Shown here one piece after another: positions 39,801 to 46,821 of a stretch of 64,000 nt of DNA (its first letter is position 1; every line of letters starts with the position of its first letter). Origin of the DNA: a virus (lineage: Duplodnaviria > Caudoviricetes); the IMG/VR virus record IMGVR_UViG_3300027486_000276, positions 1-64,000 of that record; one strand, given 5' to 3'. The notes beneath the pieces were generated by a model. That model searched no databases, was not told the origin of the DNA, and saw only the letters and a list, made by a program, of their open reading frames with translations. The translations under genes and the position numbers were made by a program.

Positions 39801-41234
39801 TGCTCCTGCTGAAGTAGTAGTTAAAGAAGGGTTGCTTGCATCAAATTGAGCAATTAATCCATCTGTAATTGGAGGATTAACATTGTCTGAATTTGTATAT
39901 ACATTGTTTTCTCCAACAAAGAAATCTGTTGTGATTACTTTATCAGTTTTAGCGAATGAATTAGTAGCTGTAATTGAAAGTGGAGTTGTATTTCCATAGG
40001 TTTTTGTTATTGGATCATAATTAGCAGGAACCTTAACCTTTAATAATTTGACATCATAAGATCTTTCTGGAATCTTTGAGAAATACGCAGCGTTAAACTT
40101 AGAAGTTACAATAGCGGAATTTGTATATCTAAACGAAGAAGAATATATTTCAGTAATACTTTCTAAACTTATGAAAGAAGCTCTTGAAGAATAAGTGTCT
40201 TCTGGGGTGATCTTTAATACTGAAATATCCCAACCTAACCAATTTTCATTTTCATTCAATGAGAGAAAGTTGGAAGAGGTATCAAAAATAATTTGTTTAG
40301 AATATCCTTGAGTAATTTTTCCTTTTGATTCTAGTTCAAATATTTGAGGGAAAGTGTCCACTGTGACAGCTAAGTCTTTAGAATCATCAATTACTTTGGC
40401 TTTATCTGAAATTAGATCAAGTACTGCGGAGTTGCCATTGTAGCCTTCTTTGTAAATTGGCGAAATTCTTATTCTTATTTTAAAGTTGTGACGAATTACA
40501 GAACCCACACCAGCATCTAATGTTTGTCCATTCGTTAATTCAGTATCTCTACTTGTTGGATCTAATGTGAATGTAGCACTGCTTACGTTTGCGCTTGTTA
40601 CTCCTTCTATTTTTAAACCTCTTTCTGATATTGCTTTTAAATCTTGATATTTTAAGCTGATATAAAGAGAAGAAACTCTAAAATTAAGAGAAATCTTTTT
40701 GCATTCTCTGTTTAAAATGCGATAAGTCCTCTGATAATCTAACACTTCGTCTTCGGTTGCGGCTAGTAGATTTGGTCCTCTGAGCCTCTCTCCTATTGAA
40801 CGGATGTAAGAAACATTGTCGAACTCTCCTCCTGACGAACTTCCTTCTGGAGTTCCATTAGTTGTTTGGATGTTTATTTGTTGGAAATTATATTTATCTT
40901 GGCTATCTAAAAGAGGGGTTTGATTCCATTGAACTGATCTTAAATATTTTGATTCTCCATCGCTGCCCACAACTGATGGGTATTCATTATAAGTGACTTT
41001 TTTAAATCCTAGGTCTCCAACTTGCCCTGAAAAACTATATTGCCCCTCAAGAAGACCTCCAATTGGTCCTTCTGACAAAAGATCTTTTACTTTGGCAAAT
41101 TGATATACGTTATAAGTAAGTCCATCATATACAAATCCCTCGACATCTTCATATGCAGCAGTTGGCGTTGGAGCTACGCTTGCTCCACCTCCACCAAAAC
41201 CTTTTATGTATTTAAAATCTTCAAGATTGTTCAT
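33849..41234 (-). CDS. Central tail tip/host-specificity protein, lambda gpJ (TipJ)-like (2461 aa)
   Basis: DLLSEGPIGGL, KVKVPANYDP, WDGEFK..WTDNPAWCFYDLLTNKRYG, EPRFTCN, AFGCTSRGQAQRLGRW and LKPGDVI are all gpJ-family motifs. Confidence 0.92.
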   Translation of the reverse strand: MNNLEDFKYIKGFGGGGASVAPTPTAAYEDVEGFVYDGLTYNVYQFAKVKDLLSEGPIGGLLEGQYSFSGQVGDLGFKKVTYNEYPSVVGSDGESKYLRSVQWNQTPLLDSQDKYNFQQINIQTTNGTPEGSSSGGEFDNVSYIRSIGERLRGPNLLAATEDEVLDYQRTYRILNRECKKISLNFRVSSLYISLKYQDLKAISERGLKIEGVTSANVSSATFTLDPTSRDTELTNGQTLDAGVGSVIRHNFKIRIRISPIYKEGYNGNSAVLDLISDKAKVIDDSKDLAVTVDTFPQIFELESKGKITQGYSKQIIFDTSSNFLSLNENENWLGWDISVLKITPEDTYSSRASFISLESITEIYSSSFRYTNSAIVTSKFNAAYFSKIPERSYDVKLLKVKVPANYDPITKTYGNTTPLSITATNSFAKTDKVITTDFFVGENNVYTNSDNVNPPITDGLIAQFDASNPSLTTTSAGAVTNWPNTVAGSTIKCVLGNGTYASPNGSAERPTYGSSYSEQSPNGSYGVSFTTTQKAKFVYQVEATPLADASNNYTVFAVCKWDDTATNTERNRILSSSTSADSFVLGFDAKFNSTFIIGAQIYGVMNPNFYPYNRSNYWNTSNDTNTYIVGASVNNLKDVNIFWQNTNYFVRPYYRVDAPKGLAINYSTPTSSKCTVFEILVYNKALSKSDGIKIRNWLNNKWNVTRNNVTTVSSIVGSYSTNVLNVQSDTYIKMPLKTLCANGQRTKAYNYTGGNLAQNNYYEWDLIPQRYWKGNGPNNFSLKDQGFCSFYCDFFIKLGSSIGNGNYTLIHRSNQFNLSMTISGENVSLILTVISPNESKNYTITKALESTKYSTTKLKANFTRISFYILPKVVKPSISYTTNASRVTNINISDKTWTNDYITVRRTTTDGNERALAQELKDFYLVKAVSFKEDTSYSSDINNLPETCYKYIYCNFNQGQVTTGVAGKTPIYAPAIERRLTKEYFPDILNAEIDVLVNLEKQIQCNINISNYDAYQTLCVGALYRPTTDANWQNEINQRAQVASLTQAALNAYNKLEYHKTFDGSSTSVSLSSSQSEVKVLIPLAAGQIYDAVNTKTGPFIPSYFITNNNQIEIFTSPAGFGGKIQGYADSIRVNQIDFDRLSLAKSFARNLFSEGLSRKTTVYDVAGVLPYSTSNDYWDGEFKTEKEWTDNPAWCFYDLLTNKRYGVGNYVTENDVDKWSLYQIAKYCDELVSDGFGGVEPRFTCNVYLQTQDDALKVLSDMASVFRGMFYYSNGFIYAINDMPEDTPIYSFTNSNVSDGNFTYESTSLKDRNSVVYIRYIDKNNFYKPAVEYVENIEAVRKFGFKETELTAFGCTSRGQAQRLGRWLLASEYNETETVSFEAGPECVYLKPGDVIKVYDYNRKYKTVGGRLNNINISGDTNVTTGILTLDRKLDFNFSGNQNYKLTILSPKYNLDPSFKDAAGNSIVTSNLDYNDYRKPLTNSFIVGSGNLITGQYYDSIRITGLAPVIASTLNVTGLSYFTGASGMSPKSITWALENSGNLNGSTDSDYDFYRVFRIQESTEGSNYTVIGSQMYHLKYAQIESGLNITPAKPPAPEASAPSRALFTLGVAEANGVVDQSKVLIEIFYDSSIKDTTIGFKIFNKAFYGSEFNPNSSSDFKFVPIDIYESYISTVVDKSNIKGSIRIYGANINNSSPLTYVEALNSQNSSELFVSPVVPITYDDVNTNSSITLNNKVYAFTSPIDLTKGQYFQPAIPSQVQSIKPSESLSFNLPLQFIKNPNKFNNLDYPYSIVIIPEKVNTKEAFITSYSKYLNVSNWQDYLTFDEDNTNDNTYNYKTSNVFAKYRDFSLAIDKRTFTEAGMRSTSNDFKNVNGFLLVTYDNQDTNLKGFLDAILNDTRADYSIVTTQGSNRLKFTIQQDTASSFVNYFYLLLMPSENKFAFGTNSINHNSDGSPFSVNDTSGKEITDSHFITVPNNQSIFNFNDLSDDNGKGFDSTQYNAYLIAVDSFMFAWQFNSNAATARNILDYYSSFIDKDNNVGKVYAQISDPIIIKQESPIPLSFSLESVLKDADTRYLHFTINKTILTENIFDTSVNTLAAPAYAISRRSVIYKPTTNANLAIGAKDDRVLSSDPDGTMAYYKLSLQNRDNIPNASLSPKIPTGKRAYVLNGNKIFTRALAANTSLTPQLLRGVESESVASNAFRANRKITNSSFGEGSEEFFDISITRLINSTFTGNIKSLIPDYTNFYAVPINAQNSNTEASAKTVFDTLLNDGLLNSSFNTINVTPENNFSELGVNTKNVQMLINAEPNNFTVYTINQQTAASFGLGIPNSTFYAGIPVLESESLSVFFTIGSVNKTKAIKVYCFIGEDFVASEVDKTQIIPGDDNVIKVTLKNIPYANYYTNTVSYGNNTSITNPTFWKFKSAKNLAFAHLSARSGNRFPLYNFHIQALELSIVITY

Positions 41235-41235
41235 T

Positions 41236-41961
41236 TTATATATTATTTATTTGGTCTTTTACGTCTGCTGCTGTTGATTTATTATCTAGCTCAATATTAT
41301 TGACAGATACCTCAACTGTCTGAGATCCTATTTTCATTCTACCATAACCAATTGGAACAGGACCACCTTCTCCAAGAATGTTAGAAGGTCCGTCAAATAA
41401 GTAGTTTGGCTTGCTGCCATCTTCTTGGATTTTTCTAAAATCATCAAATTTTGGAGGCGACATCATTAACAATGTAATACCTGTTACAGCTAATCCTATA
41501 CCTGCTCCAATTAATGCTCCTGATAAAGTCGCACTTGCTGTAGCAGATAGCCCAAGCCCAAACCCAACTGGCGCAAAAACGCCTGTGGCTATTAGCAAAA
41601 CGCCAAGAACTAAAGCTAAGACTCCTTTGGTCGTATTGTTTCCGCCTCCTCCACCAGCACCCCTAATAATTGGAACGATATCTAAGGTTTCTAGCTTTTC
41701 GTTAATCATTACTAATTCAGAATTGAGAATAGAATCTGGTTTTTCTAGAGAAATGCTTTCTGGATTCATTATTTCTCTCTTATTAACAAGCACTTTATAC
41801 TCTACGCTTTTTTCTGCTGCTCCTATTAGATATTTTAGGAGTTTGCCTTTAGATAAGACTTGAATAGCTCGCAATGCTTCCTTTATGGAATTTACTTTTA
41901 AATTCCAATTTTCTCTTCCCACTTGCTCTGCTATTTCTCCGTGTAAGGTAATGCTAGTCAT
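41236..41961 (-). CDS. Tail assembly protein, lambda gpI-like
   Basis: ITLHGEIA, IVPIIRGAGG, Gly/Ala hydrophobic stretch, NYLFDGPSN...GGPVPIGYG. Confidence 0.88.
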   Translation of the reverse strand: MTSITLHGEIAEQVGRENWNLKVNSIKEALRAIQVLSKGKLLKYLIGAAEKSVEYKVLVNKREIMNPESISLEKPDSILNSELVMINEKLETLDIVPIIRGAGGGGGNNTTKGVLALVLGVLLIATGVFAPVGFGLGLSATASATLSGALIGAGIGLAVTGITLLMMSPPKFDDFRKIQEDGSKPNYLFDGPSNILGEGGPVPIGYGRMKIGSQTVEVSVNNIELDNKSTAADVKDQINNI

Positions 41962-42700
41962 AAAGGTGATGTCTCATTATATAAATTACCCATTTTTTGT
42001 ATTGGTTAGAAAGCTTTTCGGTAAGAGAACGCTTATTTCCGGGGTGATGTAAAATAGTATCTTCTCCAAGATAAACAGCGCAATGGATAGGAAAATTATA
42101 ACCTCTTGTTCTCATTATTAGAACATCGTTCTTTTTAAAATTAGAAACTTCTCTAAAACCGTTGTACTCAAAATATCTCTTTAAATAATTATCTTTTTCC
42201 TTTAATGCGGCTTCTTCGTCTGTGAATCTTTTAGTTACTATATCATTATACTCTTGCTCAGATACAGATTCTTTTAGAACCTCTAACTCTGGGCATAAAT
42301 GAATATTTAAATCATGACAGAAATAATCTTTTACTAACCAAAGGCAATCAGCAAAACCTAAAAGAAAAGGTCTGTCTGTATATTGAATTTTATATCCATT
42401 TGGATAATAGATGTGAAAAACTCCACTCTGTTTATTATAAACTATACATGGTAAGCCTAGCCTTTCAGAAACAATTTCGTCTGCATTTGAAATAGCATCA
42501 AAATCTATATGAGAATGATAATAAGCCGCAAAATTAGATTGGCTATAAATATCCATCGCAAATTCAGTAGCTGAATTAATGAGGTTATCTTTCTTTTGTA
42601 CCTCTAGTCCATTATCTGTATGTACTAAAACGCCGCATACTTCATTATTAGAAGTATTAGCGTGTTCTATGATTTTATTTTTAAGCTCTTCTGTTAACAT
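41954..42700 (-). CDS. Tail assembly protein gpK-like, copy 2 (JAB/MPN + NlpC/P60)
   Basis: EVCG...YHSH...S..D (JAB); DCLWLV...HCAVYLG...ILHH (NlpC/P60). Confidence 0.85.
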   Translation of the reverse strand: MLTEELKNKIIEHANTSNNEVCGVLVHTDNGLEVQKKDNLINSATEFAMDIYSQSNFAAYYHSHIDFDAISNADEIVSERLGLPCIVYNKQSGVFHIYYPNGYKIQYTDRPFLLGFADCLWLVKDYFCHDLNIHLCPELEVLKESVSEQEYNDIVTKRFTDEEAALKEKDNYLKRYFEYNGFREVSNFKKNDVLIMRTRGYNFPIHCAVYLGEDTILHHPGNKRSLTEKLSNQYKKWVIYIMRHHLYD

Positions 42701-43452
42701 AATTGTTTACTCCTTGCAAAACAATAGATCCTTCTCTTCTCTGCGTCTGTTAGTTTTTCTATTATTGACTTTTTATTTCTTGGTTGGTGCAAAATATAAC
42801 CTTGTTCAAGGTAAATGCCAAAATGAGAAGGATAGTTATCTAAATACTTGAACACAATAATATCATGTTTTTTAGCGTTTTCTATACCTTCTATTTTGAT
42901 AAAGTTTTCTTTTTCAAAGAATTTGTCAAAGTTCTCTGAATCACAAAACTCTGTTAGTTTATTTTTAACAAAATCTGCGTAGTTTTTATCCCAATCTACC
43001 CCTCTTTCGTAATGGAAAATCTTAATGCCAAATTCTTCATTATAATAATTCTCTACTATTGATAAACAGTCAGATTGATTAATAACAAAGTTTTTGTTTA
43101 TGTATTTATTATAGTAATTTTCAGGAGAATACTCTTCAAAAGAATCTCTTTTTAGTATATAAACGATATTCTTTAGTTTTAAATTAGAACTAATTTGCTT
43201 GTCTAGTTCAGAAAAAGAATTGTCTTGAATACAGTGAGAATGATAAATGCCAGCCACTTTGCCATTCATTGAGGCTTTGAGGTAGTCCATTTGGCATACA
43301 ACGAATTCATTTTCTTTATCTTGAGCAGCATTCCTGCATGGAAATGCTTCTAGGATATTTTTTCTATTTAGAACTAAAAGACCGCAGCATTCTTCAGGAT
43401 TTTCCTTTAGCGCGTGTTCTTTTATTTTTGCTTTTATTTCATCCGAAACCAT
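42694..43452 (-). CDS. Tail assembly protein gpK-like, copy 1 (JAB/MPN + NlpC/P60)
   Basis: PEECCG...YHSH...FSELD; DCLSIV...HFGIYL...ILHQ. Confidence 0.88.
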   Translation of the reverse strand: MVSDEIKAKIKEHALKENPEECCGLLVLNRKNILEAFPCRNAAQDKENEFVVCQMDYLKASMNGKVAGIYHSHCIQDNSFSELDKQISSNLKLKNIVYILKRDSFEEYSPENYYNKYINKNFVINQSDCLSIVENYYNEEFGIKIFHYERGVDWDKNYADFVKNKLTEFCDSENFDKFFEKENFIKIEGIENAKKHDIIVFKYLDNYPSHFGIYLEQGYILHQPRNKKSIIEKLTDAEKRRIYCFARSKQLC

Positions 43453-44573
43453 TACAATGCTCCTCTATTGTAATTAGATACTCCGTAGAATCCACCAAAA
43501 GGTAAAGCGTTTTCTCCAAATCTTATTTTACAACCTTTTATACTCTTAGAGCATTGGTCAGCTATCCAATATTCTCCATTTGGAGGAGGGATATTCATGG
43601 GAACGTTTGTCTTGGCAACGAAATAGAAATTAATGTTTTTCTTATTAATAACTACTACATCGCCTTTGTTATAAGTTGTTGAGAGTTTCCAAGATTCTAT
43701 TTTATTAGTTCCTACTGTTGTGCCAGAAAAGATTGGCATCTTTGAGATTATTTGATCATCTTCAGTGGCGCAAACAGGAGCTTTTTCTCCAGTAGAATCA
43801 CTTTTATTTGGTATTGGGGTTATAGTGCCATGAGTATCTTCAGTTAGTTTTTCTTTATATTCATAGAGACAACCTTCTCCTCTATATTGCCAAGGACAAA
43901 TATAACTTAATACTCTTCGTTTAGGGAGTTTAGCTCTGTCTAGATCTATAGCACTTGATAGTTCAAATTGAATACTATTTTTGTTTTCAGAAGATTTTCT
44001 GTCAAAATAATAAATATCTCTAGGAAACTCGCAATTAGGATCAGGGTCAAATCCTTCTGGTATTATAAGTTTATCTGGCGATAGAGGAGAGGTTCCATCA
44101 TTTTGATAGAAATTTGATCTGTCAAGGAATTTAGCAAATGTTCTAATTCTGGTAAACTTAGCCCCAATTAAATCTCCGAAGTTAACAGTTCCTCTAAAGA
44201 GGCTAAACACATCAAGCATATCATCAGAAAAGCTAATCTGAATTTTAGGTTTAGGAAATACGCCTCTTGAAGCTATTTCAAAACCTTCTGTGGAAAGCGG
44301 AGCAGGTAGATACGCATTACCTTTCCAATAAATAATATTCCTTCCAAGTTTTAAATTGTTGTGGAGGCGAATTACCCTATAATTAAAAACACCAGTTTCT
44401 GCTCCCGGCAATGATATTTGAAAATTCTTAATGTTAACTACGAACTGAGAAGAAGTATCAAATCCAATTTCAGTTAAGTCTACTTCAAATAAAGAAATTA
44501 TCGAAGAAGGCTCAAGAGAAAAGAACTCTCTATTTACTTTTAAAGATGAATCTTTATCTTGTTGAGTAGCCAT
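43452..44573 (-). CDS. Minor tail protein, lambda gpL-like
   Basis: IIWKG-like start (NIIYWKGNAYLPAP), RIRTFAKFLD, FELSSAID, and Fe-S cysteines CPWQYRGEGC...CSKSIKGC..RFG. Confidence 0.9.
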   Translation of the reverse strand: MATQQDKDSSLKVNREFFSLEPSSIISLFEVDLTEIGFDTSSQFVVNIKNFQISLPGAETGVFNYRVIRLHNNLKLGRNIIYWKGNAYLPAPLSTEGFEIASRGVFPKPKIQISFSDDMLDVFSLFRGTVNFGDLIGAKFTRIRTFAKFLDRSNFYQNDGTSPLSPDKLIIPEGFDPDPNCEFPRDIYYFDRKSSENKNSIQFELSSAIDLDRAKLPKRRVLSYICPWQYRGEGCLYEYKEKLTEDTHGTITPIPNKSDSTGEKAPVCATEDDQIISKMPIFSGTTVGTNKIESWKLSTTYNKGDVVVINKKNINFYFVAKTNVPMNIPPPNGEYWIADQCSKSIKGCKIRFGENALPFGGFYGVSNYNRGAL

Positions 44574-44577
44574 AATA

Positions 44578-45132
44578 TTATGCTGGTACTTCTTCGAAAG
44601 TAGCCTTTATAGAGAAGTTATTAAAAAATGGGTTAGCTGAACTCCATCTTCTGCAAACAAACAACTTAGCATCTGTTGGAGCAACTGAATAAGGTGCAGA
44701 TGGGTAATAAATAAAAGCTGTTTTTGCAGATCTAGCACTTAAAAAGTGCAGTATCGCAGTACATTCATCCAGAGTTAATCCATCAAAATTCAAATCAAAA
44801 TTAAGAAGATTAAAGTTAATTTGATCGCTGACTCTTTTTTCATACCCATCTCCGTATTTTATTACGTTAACCTTGGGATCAAAATTCGCTTGAGTTTGAT
44901 AAGAAGGCTTCCAAATAAATAAAGGGTAGTCTTTTTTAACAACTGGATGTTGAAAATATCCTCCCCAATAAGTATCCGCATTAGACACTACGTTAGAATA
45001 GACTGGGGGATTATTTGCAAGTACGGCGGCTTTGGCATAATAGTATCGATTATCTGTATATACGATAATATCATGCTTATTATAAGCAACAGAGTTGCTC
45101 CATGCACTAATGTTAAAAATTGAACTAGACAT
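44578..45132 (-). CDS. Distal tail protein, lambda gpM-like
   Basis: WKPSY...KYGDGYEKR...IN...F...FL pattern; first gene of the M-L-K-I-J order. Confidence 0.85.
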   Translation of the reverse strand: MSSSIFNISAWSNSVAYNKHDIIVYTDNRYYYAKAAVLANNPPVYSNVVSNADTYWGGYFQHPVVKKDYPLFIWKPSYQTQANFDPKVNVIKYGDGYEKRVSDQINFNLLNFDLNFDGLTLDECTAILHFLSARSAKTAFIYYPSAPYSVAPTDAKLFVCRRWSSANPFFNNFSIKATFEEVPA

Positions 45133-45152
45133 ACCTTTTACCTTTTACCAAC

Positions 45153-45183
45153 TTATTATTACACTTTTTTGTGTAAATAATAA
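45153..45183. promoter_or_regulatory. Back-to-back GTGTAA motifs forming an inverted repeat (candidate bidirectional promoter)
   Basis: TTATTATTACAC-TTTTTT-GTGTAAATAATAA sits between divergent genes. Confidence 0.65.
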
Positions 45184-45189
45184 AATAAG

Positions 45190-46008
45190 ATGGCATTATC
45201 TCGACTAAATAAGCAGAACTTGGATTTTTACTTGAATCAAAGCCAAGTTCATGGCGTTCAGGACATTCAGGCTTCCTACCAAATGCCAGTTCAACATACC
45301 AAATACCTTGGTATGAATAGCAGCTTTTATGCTCCAGAAGGAGCAAAGACGGCTACTTTATCTGTAACTAGTTTGCTGACAACATCTAATGACTTTTTTA
45401 GCTGCACGGGAGAAGCTGGAAATTATGGCTTCGTAACTAAAAAAGCTAACCCTAGTTCCAATATCTTATTTGGATTTCAAAGTGGATATTTAACTTCTTA
45501 TACTTGTGGTGCCCAAATCGGAGAAATACCTACTGTTAGGGCTGATTTTCAAATTTTTAACGATGCTGGTTCCATCTCTTCAGCGGGTTCTTTTAATCAA
45601 ACTAGCTCAACAGCTTTGGTGAATTCTAATACTATTGATATAGGTATAAATGATTTTATAACAAATAGAGTCAACTCTTTCAACTTAAATATTGCGGTCA
45701 ATAGAAATCCCACATATTACCTAGGGTCTTCAACTCCTTTTTCTGTTAAAAGCATTTATCCTCTTGAAGTAAGTTGCGATTTTAATATAGCTCAAGACAG
45801 TTATGTTCTTCAAAAACTGTCTGATTTGTCTTTTAACTTGAAGAATATCGGTAATTTTTACATTAACACTAAAGATTTTAATGGAAATTCAGTAAATTTT
45901 AATTTTGGAAATTCGTTATGTTATTTCATTGACGTTTCCGAAGACTTCTCCGCTAGTGTAAATTCTCCTGTAGGAATAACGGTAAGGTATAGGGGTTATC
46001 TGAAATAA
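45190..46008 (+). CDS. Tail-tube-fold paralogue C (272 aa)
   Basis: Aligns by eye with tube B: GYLTSYTCGAQIGEIPTV vs GFLTNYSINAAVGDFPTT; NIAVNRNPTYYLGS vs SMGLNRTPLQKIGS. Confidence 0.65.
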   Translation: MALSRLNKQNLDFYLNQSQVHGVQDIQASYQMPVQHTKYLGMNSSFYAPEGAKTATLSVTSLLTTSNDFFSCTGEAGNYGFVTKKANPSSNILFGFQSGYLTSYTCGAQIGEIPTVRADFQIFNDAGSISSAGSFNQTSSTALVNSNTIDIGINDFITNRVNSFNLNIAVNRNPTYYLGSSTPFSVKSIYPLEVSCDFNIAQDSYVLQKLSDLSFNLKNIGNFYINTKDFNGNSVNFNFGNSLCYFIDVSEDFSASVNSPVGITVRYRGYLK

Positions 46009-46017
46009 GGAAAAAGG

Positions 46018-46821
46018 ATGAAATATTTTAATGAGTGTGAGGTAGTATTTAATTCGCGCTTTGGGTCAGGAGTTGTTCTGGCTCAAAATGCGTCTATTGG
46101 AGTTAATAGGAGTATAAATTCTACTTATGTAATCGGAAGACAGAACTCATCTCAAATGTTTAAAACTAAAGCAGATGAGACTAACATAGACTTTACTTAT
46201 TTTCCGAATATCTCAGATCCTATCTACAAAGCTTTTGATTATATAAAGACGGGCGTATTTTCAAATAGCTTTCCAGAAACAAATATTCCTGTTCAAGTAG
46301 TATTAGCAGGAGTAACTGGTTCTTTTTATCCATCTAGATATTCATTAACAGTAAATCCTAACTCAAGAATACAGGCTTCTGTTTCTTTGTCTAGTTTTTC
46401 TAATCTTTCTGGAAGTCTCAATGACAAAGCTTCCGTCAATAATTTAGCAAGTGGATCTGGAATAGCTCATTCGTGGAATGCTAAGGTTTCAGGGACAGCC
46501 GCCGCCTATAATGTTTTAGACTTCAACTACGGCATTTCCATCAACTGGAACCCAATCTATTCAGTTGGTCAGCAAAGGCCAAGACAAGTTGATTTATCTG
46601 CTGGAGAAGAGACCTTTGATTTTACTGTAGAAAATTTTAATTCAAACTTCTCTAACACAGACTTATCAACAGCAGAAAATGCAAAGATAAATATCACTAC
46701 TTTTGGTAATCAGTCAATAATGATTATCAATACTTCAGGAAGTAAGATAGACTCTTCCAATATGTCAATTAATATTGACGATTTCGCTAAAAATAAAATA
46801 TCATTAAAAAGGAGTTTCTAA
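46018..46821 (+). CDS. Tail-tube-fold paralogue D (267 aa)
   Basis: IGVNRSINSTYVIG; FYPSRYSLTV...ASVSL; GISINWNPIYSVG: same two-lobed pattern. Confidence 0.55.
   Translation: MKYFNECEVVFNSRFGSGVVLAQNASIGVNRSINSTYVIGRQNSSQMFKTKADETNIDFTYFPNISDPIYKAFDYIKTGVFSNSFPETNIPVQVVLAGVTGSFYPSRYSLTVNPNSRIQASVSLSSFSNLSGSLNDKASVNNLASGSGIAHSWNAKVSGTAAAYNVLDFNYGISINWNPIYSVGQQRPRQVDLSAGEETFDFTVENFNSNFSNTDLSTAENAKINITTFGNQSIMIINTSGSKIDSSNMSINIDDFAKNKISLKRSF

Noticed and set aside
37704-39992. Intein in the gpJ-like gene (also considered for dnaE)
   Set aside because: No Cys/Ser start, His-Asn end or LAGLIDADG motifs; the insert is lectin-like, and the dnaE core is continuous.
32318-45183. Invertase-controlled flip of the tail-tip module
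   Set aside because: No matching inverted repeats were found at the two ends (the left end is overlapping coding sequence), and no recombinase is in the window.
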